From positions 1 to 64,000 of the forward strand of contig NW_026855520.1 in the NCBI RefSeq assembly GCF_026571515.1: DNA of 64,000 bases. The letters are read 5' to 3'. Origin of the DNA: Ruditapes philippinarum (taxonomy: Eukaryota). This document shows, piece after piece, positions 23,706 through 36,847 of this stretch (within the stretch, counting starts at the first letter, position 1; each line of letters opens with the position of its first letter). The notes beneath the pieces are model-generated. The model was not told the origin of the DNA. It saw only the letters and a list, made by a program, of their open reading frames with translations, and did not search any database. A program made the translations under genes and the position numbers.

Positions 23706-25170
23706 ATGGAGACATATCAAAGTTGAATAGTTGCATTTTATATGTTCATGTCTGCCTTGCATCCAGCGATCTGCTACTTGCATAGAGACATGACTAGACT
23801 TATTGAAGATCTTTTCAACGACAAAAGATACAGCAGAATTATCCACCCAAATTATAACCAGGATAAAGTCATGGAGGTATCAGTTGATAATTTTGATTTT
23901 ATACCTTATTTTAACCAGGACAAAGTCAAGGAGGTCAAAGTTGATTAATATGGTTTGTCATACTTCAAAAACCGTTTGTTTTTGCTTTACCCTTAATCTG
24001 ATTGGAGCGATTAGGATTGGCTTTTGTCATTAGTATTCATTCACTCAAGCCGACTGTGCATCCTCGAACTTGGTTCTATATTGTCACTATATTATGTTAG
24101 TTTGTCTGTTTCGAGAAAAAAGTCATACTTTTATGATCATTGCGGCATATAGTTGTTGTCGTCGTGCAATAACTTTAATGTTCAAAGTAGCTCATCATTC
24201 AAATGTTTCAAAAGTTATCAATATCTTGGATAACATACATGTGCAGTTGTTAAACAAGGGACATAATCAAATAGCTACATATTTTAGATATCATCCTTTC
24301 AATCTTAGAATATATGTTAAAACCAATTATTATAGTCGTTGTCCTAAACAAACTAGAGTCAACACCTCATGCCGTGCTCTTTTTGTATTTATTTATTTAT
24401 TTTAAATTATTTCATTTATTTTTTATTCTTGGTATTCAAATCCTTTATTCCTTCATTTTTCTAAGTAAATATCTGCTCAATAATCAAAGCCAGACAAAAG
24501 CAATATGTTAATTATGAAAATCAAGTATTGATAATTAATAATTAGGCAAATCCCTTATCACACATTAATTAACTTATTGTAGAATAAAGTTAAATTTTGA
24601 TAAAAGATAATATCTACATGAATGGCTTAATTATTTAAACCTGAATAAATTCCTTTTATACACAGGTCAACATTACTCCTGGAATTATGACTATTGAAAG
24701 TCTCGATTAAACAAAGGGTTAACTACTTACCATCATGTATATTCAGCTGTCCTGGATCGACGAGTTTCTGATTTTTGCCTTCGGGGTACTTCAAAATGAT
24801 GCTTGGCGTCACACAAAGACTGATTTTAAAAAAGTCACATATTCAGCCGAGAACATTGCATACACTGTAGGCAGTCTCAGGTTTACAATAACACTAAAAC
24901 GAAGACCTATTTTGAAATCATAAATGTTTTTTCCGCCGATTCTTCTGTTAACAGTTCTAACCTTGCGGCTAACATTTTTCCTGTCAATTCAGGAGAGCGT
25001 CTCTCATCTTCGATCACTTTATATCTTTCATATGTAATCATAACGTTTGCGTCGCAAAGAATATAGCGTTTTCCTCCTACATTATACTTTCTTTAAACGT
25101 CCTCAATACAGCAAGCGTACTCTGGCGTGTGTTTATGGTGCGGATGACAAATTTGGCAAATAAAATCACA
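23706..25170 (+). pseudogene. nAChR-like copy 4, pseudogene (exon 1 23706-23876; exon 2 24666 to ~25170)
   Basis: TGA at codon 7 (23724). A ~306-bp deletion at 24770 removes the Cys-loop. Frameshifts in M1, and truncation after M3. Confidence 0.92.
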
Positions 25171-27595
25171 AAGCAGTAGGGGACACGTCCCTCCTCTGGT
25201 ACCCTCTTGATGCATCTATTTGTCAGGGGATGGCGCCGAAAAAGTGATCATTTTTAATGTAAATCTCAGTAAAAGTAATACCAATGTATCCCTAATAGAT
25301 GGGGTCTAAATTGGGCATTTTTTCTCACTATTTGCATTGAGGCCTCAAAAAGGGGGAGGGGAATCAAATAAAAGAAAGAGACAAACAATTGCGAAATCCA
25401 AAACATTGAGTAAATTTTCAAGTACGCAGGTGAGTACGTGACGCAGGTGAGTACGTGACGTAAGTATAATAAATGAATAAGGATGCCAGATTAGCAAACA
25501 AAATCTGTAGGTTAATAAATATTTAGTGATAGAGTAACATGTTTCATATATGAACAGAAAGCAAATGCTAATTGAGAAATAAACGCATAGTGAATCATAT
25601 TTCATATTGGCAAATACTGTATGTGTACTGTATGGTTGACTCTTTAAATGGATAGATTAAAATACAAACAAAAAACAACAGATGTGATGGACTATTCAGG
25701 ACATACAATGCATTTATATAAAGTAACAAATCATAAAAAGAGTAACCGATACTGCGATGATATCATTTACACTGTTTAAGTGTTTATATCATTCAGTTAA
25801 TACGAATTTATATACATGTATGTTCGATTGCGTTGGAAGCTACGAGCTTATTTAAGCACACTAGAATCCGTTCCTGGAACCAACCAATATGGTTAGCTTT
25901 ATTGTCTGGTTTTACACTGAAAACGGGATAGATTTTATATGGGTGTCCAAATTAAGGGAGCATTTAAGATTAAAAAACTATCCCGTTTTCAGGTCTAAAC
26001 CAGGCAGTACAACGTTTTCTAAGATTGTGGTCTAAACTAGGCAGTAAAAGTTGTATCATTATTTTAAACCAATTATCGGTGCCCTACATTATTTTTTGAT
26101 ATTATTACGAGTTCTTAGGAGAAAAACATCTTTTACCTTGGTGTCAACGGGACATTTATAACAGACAGCCCGTTTGGGTGCATTGGATGCCTGATCCTTC
26201 AATATAAATTATTACTTCATGGCCACCATATACGAGTGCGCATATACATGTACTACATTTTCATTATTTGTGATCAGCAAGAAACAATAATCGTTTAAGG
26301 TACATAAAGACGAAAACTTCGTGCAACCCGATTTTGTTTAGTTTCTTCTGTTTAAGGCTTTATAAATTTAGTAACACTCCTAAATCTTATTTGTCGTGAT
26401 TTTGTCAGTCTAAAATACTTATGATAACTGTGTTACAAAATAAACTTATTTCATGCAGGAAAGAATGAATGTCAGTTATATTTTTGAGGGCTTTTAAGAG
26501 TAACCGCGTTCATTTAAAACAGATGCATACAAACATACATATGTACATAATATTACGTCCAGCCGTTAATAAATTGATTTTCACAAATATCCCGGCTTGT
26601 TTTTGTCATGTTACAGTTGTAAGAATTAAATAAGTAATGGTTAGTTTGTGTTCAAATCTGGTTTACTATTTCACAATTTACATTGCCTGTCATAAACTAT
26701 ATTCATTCTTTTGCCATGTAAAATAAGACATTTAGTCATAGAAGATGATAAACCACAAAGAAATAAATGTACTTTTATTCATCAACAAGTAAAACTGGTA
26801 ATAAGGAATCGTATTTTTATGAGCAAATAATTGTATGTTAAACATTTGGAAAGTAGAAGTGCTTGTCAAACATGAGTTCACTTTTCCGCTGTTCTAAAAT
26901 TGTCAAATTCATAACATTTAAACTCTATTTTCTATGAGAAATAATGTCGTCATCTTACAATGTAAAGTATTTGCCATTTTATTTAATATGTGTACTAAGT
27001 GAAAAATGATTGGACAAAACCAAAAGTGAAATTTAGAATGAATATTCCTGTCTCATTTTTTACATTATTAACTGAAGTAATTTATGTTCGAATCTTTTAT
27101 AAACTTTTATTTCAAAGATGTTGACAATTTTAGAAAAATGATAAAGGTGTCTTTGACGATTCCACAACCTTCCGAACAATTAAAATTTACTAGTAGATGT
27201 TTGAATCTGTATCTGTCTTTTTTAGACAAGTAAAATTTATCGTGCTGCCATTTTAGTAGTTCTTGTATGCCTCGGATTTTCTTGTGCAGCGATGTGAAAA
27301 GTACATTCTTTCCATTGAAAAAAATGCTTTTAGACATTATTTTTCTCTATGGTTAAATATTATCATAAAGTTGGATAGTTAATGGACTGGAAAGACAAAG
27401 TTTTCTTTAGGACAGCCATCGGCATGCGAATTAATGATAATACACTTGATTTCATAAAGTATTGAATATGAAACACAAAAGACTCATTAGATTTATCAAT
27501 ATTGCTGACAGTACTTTAAAACGATGGTGATCTACTGTCTCTAAACAATATCCAAAAGCAACTCGCCATTTGCGTGTGCATCTTGGGTGTTGAAA

Positions 27596-29635
27596 ATGGA
27601 GAGATATCAAAGTGGAATATTTGTATTTTTCATGTTCATGTCTGCTTTGCATCCAGCGACCTGCTACTTGCATAGTGATATGACTAGACTAATCGAGGAT
27701 CTTTTTAACGAAACAAGATACAGCAGACTTATCCGCCCAATCTATAACCAGGATAAAGTTATGGAGGTAATAGTTGATTATTATGGTTTATCCTTATTGT
27801 TTTTTTTCCATTTTTTTAACCTGCTTAAAGCTATTGTGATTGGCCTCTGCCATCAGTATTCAGCCATTCAAGCCGCCTGTGCATCGTCTTTTTTGGTACT
27901 ATATATTGTGGTTATCTCAGGTTTCATTTGTTCGCCTGTTTCGAAGAAAAAGTCACATTTACAGATCACTGCGGCATATAGTTGTTGTCGTTGTGTAAAA
28001 ACTTTAATGTACAACGAAGCTCAACATTCAAATATATCTTAAAGTTATCAATCAACAACTTGGATAACTTGCTAATCATGACAGTTGTGCAGATGTTAGA
28101 CAAGGTACATAATCTGATAGCTATATTTTTTTAGATGTCTTCATTTCCACCTTAGAATACATTTCAAAACTGATTATTATAGTTGTTGCCCTAAACAGAC
28201 GAGCGTTAACACCTTATGCCGTGCTATTGTTTTGTATTAATCTATTTAAAATTATTTCATTTATTTATTTATTTTGGTATTCAAATCTTTTATTCTTTTA
28301 TTTTTTTAAGTAACCGTCTGCTCAAAAATAAGTCGGACAAAAACAATGCGCTTATTCAGAAAATCTAGGATTGATAATTAACTATAAGGCAAATCCCATA
28401 TTACACATAAATAATTTTTGAGAATAAAGTTTAATTACAATAATAGATAAAATATTTACATGAATCGCTTTATTATTTAAATCTAAAGAAATTCCTTTTA
28501 TACACAGGTCAACATCACTCCTGGAATTATGACTATTGAAAGCCTGGACTTAACAAAGGGTGAACTACTTACCATCATGTATATTCAGCTTTCATGGATC
28601 GACGAGTTTTTGATGTGGAATCCCTTTGAGTATGGAGGTATCACAAAGTTATCCGTACCTTACGAAAAACTTTGGATACCACCTTTATCACAATCAAACG
28701 GAGCAATGAAAGAGAAGTCAGGCCAAATAATAAATCCTGGTTTTGCCCCAGTTTTCGTTTTACCTAATGGAATGGTTCTCCTTGTCACTACAGGATACTA
28801 CGTAACTAAATGTGATATTGACACTAGCTTGTATCCATTTGACTCGCATACATGCACTTTTTATTTCTTTTCCGCGTTGAATGATGTCACAGAAATGGAG
28901 TTGAATTCTCACACATCTGATTTTGCCTTCGGGTTACTTCAACAAAATGATGCATGGCGTCACACAAAGACTGATTTTAAGAAAGGCACATATTCAGCCG
29001 AGAACATTGTGTACACCTTAGGCAGTCTTGAGTTTATAATAACACTAAAACGAAGACCCATATTTGAAATCATAAATGTTTTTCTGCCGATTCTTCTGTT
29101 AACAGTTCTAAACCTTGCGGCTAATTTTGTTCCTGTCAATTCTGGCGAGCGTCTCTCATTTTCGATCACTTTATATCTTTCATTTGTATTCATAACGTCT
29201 GCAATGGTAGATGAAATGCCTCATGTCGCAAATAATATAGCGTTTTCCTCCTACATAATGCTATCTTTAAACGTCCTCAATACAGCAAGTGTACTCTGGA
29301 GTGTGTTTATGGTGCGAATGGCAACCTGGGAAAATAAAATGACACCGGTACCAATTTCATTGCAGAAAGTGGTGAGGTTTTGCCAAAATATAGGTTCGAC
29401 CACTACTACAAAAGTCCATCCAAAAATAAACACAACCGATGACGATTCCGATGCAATCTCAACGGCTAAAGGTCTTGAAAATTCTGACATTTATGATGAA
29501 GGAATAGTTGAAAAAGAATCAATATTGTGGTCTGATGCAGTGAAACTATTTGACAAGATTTACTTTACGGCCACGACTATTTTAGTCACGTGCGTTATTT
29601 CAGTTATGGTTTGTCTGTGGCACCTTTCTGAATGA
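27596..29635 (+). CDS. Cys-loop ligand-gated ion channel subunit (nAChR-like, non-alpha), copy 5, intact. Exons 27596-27766 and 28508-29635, 432 aa
   Basis: Signal peptide, phase-0 GT-AG intron, Cys-loop CDIDTSLYPFDSHTC, four TM helices and an SGER ring before M2. No stops or frameshifts. Confidence 0.95.
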
Positions 29636-31394
29636 AATGGTGGTGTCTGTTTGTTCATGACTAGCAAAATTAATTTCATAATTTTCTTAATTCATCATGA
29701 TGGTAAGAAACATTCGAAAAAAATTGCAGTTATAATCAAGAAATGACTTTAAAGTAAGATCTTGTATTAAGGTAAGGCGAATGGAACCGACTGCTATGTT
29801 ACAGAAAATATAATTTATCAAAACAGATTATAGTTCAACCGAGCAAATGTAATTATTTTCAAGGAGCTCAACTGACTTAAAAATGACGAGGAAAGCCATA
29901 CTATTTCAAATGACATTAATCAAGTATAAATAAAAATGTTAAAATATAAAAAAATAACAAGAAATTTGCTAGGACTTAAATTGAATCTTGAATTTTGAGC
30001 GATTCTTAGCTCGACATTTGCAAAATAAAAATGATTCCTGTGGTAAGAATGGTCGAAAATATAGTTTCAGTTCCTTTATTAAAAACAAACCTCAGTGGTG
30101 TCGCTTTTAAGTAAAGTATAATATTATGAAAATAAATACAGAAAGCCTAAAATATGCGTTTATATACTCTTTGTTGAAAGAAAAAGATTAATATTTAAAA
30201 TAAAGTGTATATTAGCAGAAGCATAGAGGATATATAGTGCTGCAAATCAGCCCATTTTACTAGCCTATTTAAAGGGGTAACTGGTCTATGTCAGCCAACA
30301 GCAAGTTTCATATACCAAAATGTTCGTCTGGATCTTGTAGTTTCTGGAATGGATATTCATTTGCCCAACCCGATGCGAAGCTAAGATATCCAAGATGGCG
30401 TCAAAGATGGCCGCCAAATCCCTAAATTTTCTAGTATTATTTACGTTGACTTATTTCTTTTTCAGTTTTGTAAATCAATTGAAAGATTTTCATAAATTTC
30501 TTATTTTTCAGCTTACTTATGCTATAAATTTTGACTTTTATTGATTTTTTTCTAGTTTTTTTCATCGCCTTATTTAAACGAAAGAAGAAAAAAATATGTT
30601 GCAAACTGGGTGTCCTTTTTTGAATATGTGTAACTTATTAGTTATTCTTGTTTAAACTGAATAACATTCATGATTTCGTTTAATACAGCTTTAAATCTAT
30701 ATCTACACATATTTAGAATAAGTTAGAATAAGCGGACTATGCCATAAATGTTTTTTATTTATCTAAATTTATATACAAAGTGGGTGGGGTATTACGAACG
30801 GGAAGTCAACTTTAAATTAAATACTTTTTGTTTTATAATAATAGTAATATAAAAAGGTTAACAATTTTATTTAATTGGTTAGTGATGAGAGACATCTTAT
30901 CTTTCATAGAAAATGCCCTGCATGTGTGTCTAAATGTTGAAATATCTCTTTTATTTGTTTTATGCACACAATAAGGAACTATTTACTGACCTGTATTTGC
31001 TTGCCTTTTGTTAAGGATTTGTTTGCAAGCTTTTTTTTTTCTCCTTAGCCATAAACATTCATTGTTAGTCTTCAAAATGTGATTTTGATTATACTTGTAG
31101 GGTCACTGTTCAAGACCCATAAGCTAAGCATTTATTAGGCAATAATAATAATAATCTATTTATTAACTTACAGAATTTCTCAGACAACATTTATCTCCAC
31201 AACCATCATTAATGTAGGTTACTTCCTCTTACATGTTTTTATTTCAAAGAGTTATACTAATTTATGAATAAGAGAATTTCTTTATAATGCAGGCTGTTGA
31301 TTTTAAATATTCGAGCGTGCTGTCTGACATGCAGCTCTTGTTTTAAGGCATTGGCATAACATATGATAATCTACAATTGAACCATATTTGGAGT

Positions 31395-31845
31395 TTTTTA
31401 TTACATGCTTTTCGGTGGTTTATAGAAATATATCAGTGAAATAAAAACTGGTAATTTCACTGTTTTAAACAGTGAAATTATCGATTTGATAATTTCACTG
31501 TTTTGAATATTTGAGCCCAGTACGTTGTTTCAGTGAAATACAAGCGTTCACATTACTGGAAACCAACTTAATGACGTAACGTCGTAAATGACGTCACGTT
31601 GTATTATTATTTGGCACCCTTTTCATTTAGTACTAAGTTAAAATGTCTTTTTAAACGTTTCTTTGCATATAATAAAAAGAAAATTTGTTTTAGTTTAATG
31701 TAAGATCGAAATATATTTCACCTCGTGAACACCAAAAGTTCATATTTCCAACTCGAGGCTGCGCCACTCGTGTAAATATACCTTTTGGTGCTCACTCGGT
31801 GAAATATATTCTGATCTTACACTGAACTAAACAAATATCCTCTAT
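31395..31845 (-). mobile_element. Long-hairpin non-autonomous element (same architecture as 5194-6362), nested in the Academ-like element
   Basis: Ends AATATCCTCTAT (reverse complement of ATAGAGGATATT). Fold-back 31680-31843. TTTTTATTACATGC / GCATATAATAAAAA inverted pair. Confidence 0.65.
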
Positions 31846-32037
31846 GTCATTATTGATGACGGATATAATATATACATTAAAATATAAAATGTAATTTGCT
31901 AGAACATTTAAAATGGGTAGGTTATTCAGTTTACAGTAAAGACTTTCTGCTAGAACTGTATCTGAATTATAAATAAAATATTATATAAAATATAAATATA
32001 TATATTGAATTGAAAATTTATATTATGAGGTCAGTTT

Positions 32038-32452
32038 CTTTTTAGCTCAACTATTCGAACGATTAAGGACAACTATCCTCGTTCGCCCCAGCGTCGGCGT
32101 CAAAGTTTGCGTACCAAACACAGTCCATTGACATATGGCTTGAAACTTGCGCACATTGTTTACCATCATGCCCTCCACTTTCAACATGGATAAGGTCTAT
32201 CAAGTCATTTTGACAGAATTATGCCCCTTTTCCAATTCTTTGAATTTTACATTACCACCGCTCAGATAATTTCAAAAATTCCATCGACATATTTCGCTTT
32301 GAGATCTTGCACACTTGTTCACCATTCATAATCTCAACCTTTGTACAGAGAAGGTCACTGTATCAAGCTTTTTTACATATTATGTCCATTTTTTTTTACT
32401 ATCAAGCACTGAGAATAGAGTCGAGCACGCTGTCCTACTGACAGCTCCTGTT
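32038..32452 (+). mobile_element. Short HINE-like element
   Basis: TTTTTAGCTCAACTATTC ... GAATAGAGTCGAGC subterminal inverted repeat. GCGTCGGCGTC microsatellite, two degenerate core units and terminal hairpin GCTGTC..GACAGC. Confidence 0.7.
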
Positions 32453-35400
32453 AATGATTTTGAGCATTTGTTTTAAATTTGTTTATTTCATGGGAGGAAT
32501 TAAGAAATGAGCTTTCAATTGGACGAAAATGTAGCTAATCTTTTCCCTGGCGGGTACTTGATAGTAATACTATGTGCTAGGGGCCATAGAGTAACATGCA
32601 CTTTTCAGTACCGTCCATGAACAGGCTCAATCAAACCGAGTCTGCAACAGCAGTATACAGTGGTTTATATTTTATAGGTCTTTCGGGATGGTAAATGTGG
32701 GTCGGTAGTTTTCAATCCGGATGCACGGCAGTAAACCATATTGAATTAACGCAGAGCACAGTTCGAGCTCCACCGAATCGTTCCTTTGACGAGGCGGTCA
32801 AACAGTGTTTTCAGTTTAGTTGCCTCATTTCGCAAGAAACTGAAACTTATTTGTGCAATAGCAGAGTCCAGTGGTACAGTGCGATAATCCGTAGAATACT
32901 ATGTAATCTTATGATCATCACAACGAAGTGACCTGCTCGTGCCGGGAATCAACACGGGTTCTCCGAATTCACAGTCCAAACACTCCTATTCCTATTGAAG
33001 CTAGTACCGATCGACTTGGTCCTCGGATCAATCGATACCAAAACTTTTATAGTCAGGATTGAATACTACTTAGTCGGTACAATGAGACGTGATATATGGT
33101 CCCTCATGAACAGACCCATCCACAAGCTGAGTTTGTAATGATCAATTCTTGCCAGCGTTTTAATTTGCTGCTCAAGTAGATCTCCTAGTTTCCTGATTTT
33201 TACAATCATAATGCCGAATGACATGTTAGTTTACTTTATTTACTTTGATATTGTTACTAGACGGTATTTTATGTTAAGTCTCTCTACTATTCTCACAACG
33301 GACAAGCCTATACGTTGCATTTAAATAGCACTTACCGCTACCTAGACCTTAATACCTTAACATTGAATAATCAAGTGAAATCTAAAATAATATCTAGTGA
33401 ACGTAAAATGAATAAAACAACTCTTAATATTTTTTCAAATTTAAACATTTCTATGCATAAACAATAAATAGTAACTAAAATCTTTGATAATTGTTTTTTT
33501 TTTTTAAAAAAAAAAAAGGTTGTTGTACTTCATGCAACATCATATTGGGTATTTATATTTCTAAGTTAATTAGAGTTGCCTGGTCCTGCTGTCGTGTGGA
33601 GTGATTCTATGAACGCAAATTTATTTATTACTGGAACTTCCTTAAGCAAGGCGATAGAATTACGTAAATTATTTTACAAAGTCTTGGTCGGTCGTATGTT
33701 CAGATTAAGATATAAAATTTAATTGTATTCTAAATTCCTTGAAGGATTGCGTTCAGGCACAGACATTATTGGTCTGTTGTATATAATGTTAGTGGTCTTT
33801 CAGCTTTTTTCTATTTGTCTTTTCCAACTTGGGTAGTTCAGTACTGTATAATCCACCTTTAAGGATAGATTGGTTGCGCTGCTTTTTAAATTATGCTTTG
33901 GCGTCTTATTTGATATGCGGCGCTTTATAGCCAGATCCCCTGTCAAATATTCATTTTTTATTTAGTTACGCTCCATTTTTTTCGTCGTTTAGGGCAATTA
34001 GCCATTTATTACTTGGAGCATACGTCGCTTTTTCATGAATGGCAACTACTGTGTCACATTGAAGGTTCCATGATACGCCGTAGAAACACGTCTTGCAGAT
34101 TTTCTGAATTCAATTTAACCTTTTACACATTTTAAATGTGAAATCTTGCTTAATGCAGGTGCTCAGGGTGCGTTGGACAGTAAACTTGTCCACTTTCCAG
34201 TACGTCTGAATGAACGGCTCAATCAAACAGAGCCTGCATGCATTTCCAATTTGTTGTGTTGGACATGTTGTGTTAGCTGGAATTCTGTTTTCTCTCAATT
34301 ATTCTTTTACGCTAGTATACAGCAGTGCCTGATTTATTTGGAGATGAACAGCTTACTGGGCATGCAGGCTCTGATCCACTTTTCACAAAAAATCCATTTT
34401 ATTTCGTCCGCTCATTGTTTTCCGTTTAGGGACACTAATTCTTGTACTTGGGACCACTACGGCCGCTTTTGTTACGAGATGACACTAACTGTCACATTGA
34501 AGTTCCAATGATACCAATTATAAGCGCAGTCTGCGGTTGTTTCTAAGTCCAAAGTTCACCATAACATGATTAAATGTTGAATTCTGCTTATTCGGTGCTA
34601 GGGCGTGTACTGTAAGTTTGCACTTGACAGTGCGTGTTTCATGAACAGGCTCAAATCAAACCGAGCCTGCCAAGCATTTTTGTTTTTGACATTTTGCTGC
34701 GTTCTTAATTGTTTCAAATGTCGTCTTTCTGTCTTGGTAAGTGATGTTCTTGTTGCTCTGTCTTCCTTTACAGGCATCGAGTACTTTGGTTATAGGTAAA
34801 TTAGGCTGTACCGTTAATGGTACATATTTTACACGATCATTGTATGTATGTATTTTATTTATTTAGTCTAATGTAACCATAACAATTGTTTAGAGAATTT
34901 ACTTGGCGGGGATATGTTTTTATTTACACTGTGTCGTCATATAGGAACATACCGGTAGTGGTAATTGCAAGTTACCTACCATCCACACCCTTTAGCACCG
35001 GCTTGAGCAGAATTCTCAATTTTACATATGGTACACACTTTTAAAAGAAGTGAAGACACGTCCATAGATGTATTCATTACGAAAGTGATCATGGTATCTT
35101 CAATGTAAAATGTTCGTGCTAATCATATTGTCCACAAGAAAATAGAGAACAGTGGGCGAAACTAATAAAATGGATTATAAAACGGGATCAAATATAATCG
35201 TTTAAAAAGCAGGTAGCATATCCAAAGGGTTATTATACACTATTTATCCAGAACGGGTTATTGTATACACTTTTTAAAAAGAAATACTAGAACCACACAA
35301 CTCGAAAAGGTCAAATAGAAGGAATTAAAATAACACAAACACAGTTATAATGTCAAGCTAAATTTTCATATAATCATTATGTTTTTTTTTATCCGACTAC

Positions 35401-36847
35401 TATGCATGTTTCATGCAAACCGAAGGTCAACAGAGTAATAAGATCTATTGTAGATAAAATATCCAACTTTTAAATGACTATTTTGTCAATTTAAGAAATT
35501 TAAAAAAGAATTACATTTCATTTGACATAAAAAGGTGTGTAACATATAAATAAATTAAGCAGAGATTGTTTTGCATACATTGTAACTTTTCAAAATCCTT
35601 AGGTGAACTTTACTAACAAAATCATGTTATTAAATTGGTAACTCACTTTTGAACAGATTTTTTAGATCTGACAGGATATACTGTAATAGTATCACACTTT
35701 GAAAATCACCATATGTTTATTAACTTACGTAAATATTGGCCATTCCTATATATCAGTATAATCGAGAGGGTCAGAGTTTCTTTAGATTTTTTATTCATAG
35801 TGGGTGGGGTACGATTTGAACAATAATTCATTAAATAACTAGAAGCAAATTATCATATTTCCTGGTGTATTATGTTAATTACTTACATGGACTGCACTAA
35901 AGAAGCTATAATTTGACAGAAACACAAAATTTCGGGAAATAATTGATAGAAAAATAAGTACCAGTTACAACCTTACATTGGAAAACTATTTTAATGTACC
36001 GCCCTCCATTTTATATGTCTCTACTGCATAATTACAAAGAAAGATTTCTTAAGATATGATATGAATGCATTAAAGCATTACTCTCATGAGTACATTACAA
36101 TGGTGTGGAAATAACACAAATAATGTAATAAAATATTTCTCTGTTAAAGCTAGACAAGAGTATCATAGCAAAACCCATATGTTTACGCATTATTTTGCTT
36201 AATTACGTATAAAAAAAGCAAAAAGCAATCTGTTTCTCCAATAAAATAAATCTCTTCGTATAAAACGCTTTAAATGATATCTTCCGTGCAAAATTTTTAC
36301 TTGAAATACAAAAGCGGGAAAACAAAATATGAGCACATACTAATATTCTAGAATATTTAGGGATTTGGCGGCCATCTTTGACGACGCCATCTTGGATTTT
36401 TAAGCTACGCATCGGATTTGAACCAAATGAATATTCATTCCTGAAACTACAGATCAAGACGAACAATTTGGTATATAAAACTTGCTGTTGGCTGACATAG
36501 ACCACTTCGGTGTCATTTTACCCTATGAATTTGCAGCACTGATAATTACTACAGCTTAAATGTGAATACCTACAAAAGCCTAGTATTTGTTATCCATATC
36601 TCTTACAGATTAAGACTGAATAATGTAAAATTAACTATTATCAGATTATTGAATTTGTTCCGTAATTTTTGTCTTTTTTCACTATTCTTTTATCTATCAC
36701 GTTTATTGTCCTATTTTAGATGATATCGAAAAATGTTATATAATCGCGAGTGTCTTGTTTTAGCTTACAAACAAATGTCAAAGCGAATGTAAAACAGTGT
36801 TGCCTGAGAGCATTTCATCAAGGTTACTTGTTTTTCATCTTGTCTCT

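Larger units (their letters stand above)
30235..36541. mobile_element. 6.3-kb non-autonomous DNA transposon with ~200-bp TIRs and 3-bp TSD ATA (Academ-like)
   Basis: TAGTGCTGCAAAT at 30235 and ATTTGCAGCACTG ending at 36541. Inverted similarity between 30283-30437 and 36343-36504. ATA flanks both ends. No transposase ORF. Confidence 0.8.

Noticed and set aside
23742-23948. Downstream ATG that could rescue the codon-7 stop in copy 4
   Set aside because: It truncates the signal peptide, and exon 2 lacks the Cys-loop and is frameshifted.
28960-29490. Antisense ORFs over receptor copy 5
   Set aside because: These are shadow frames of the + strand CDS.
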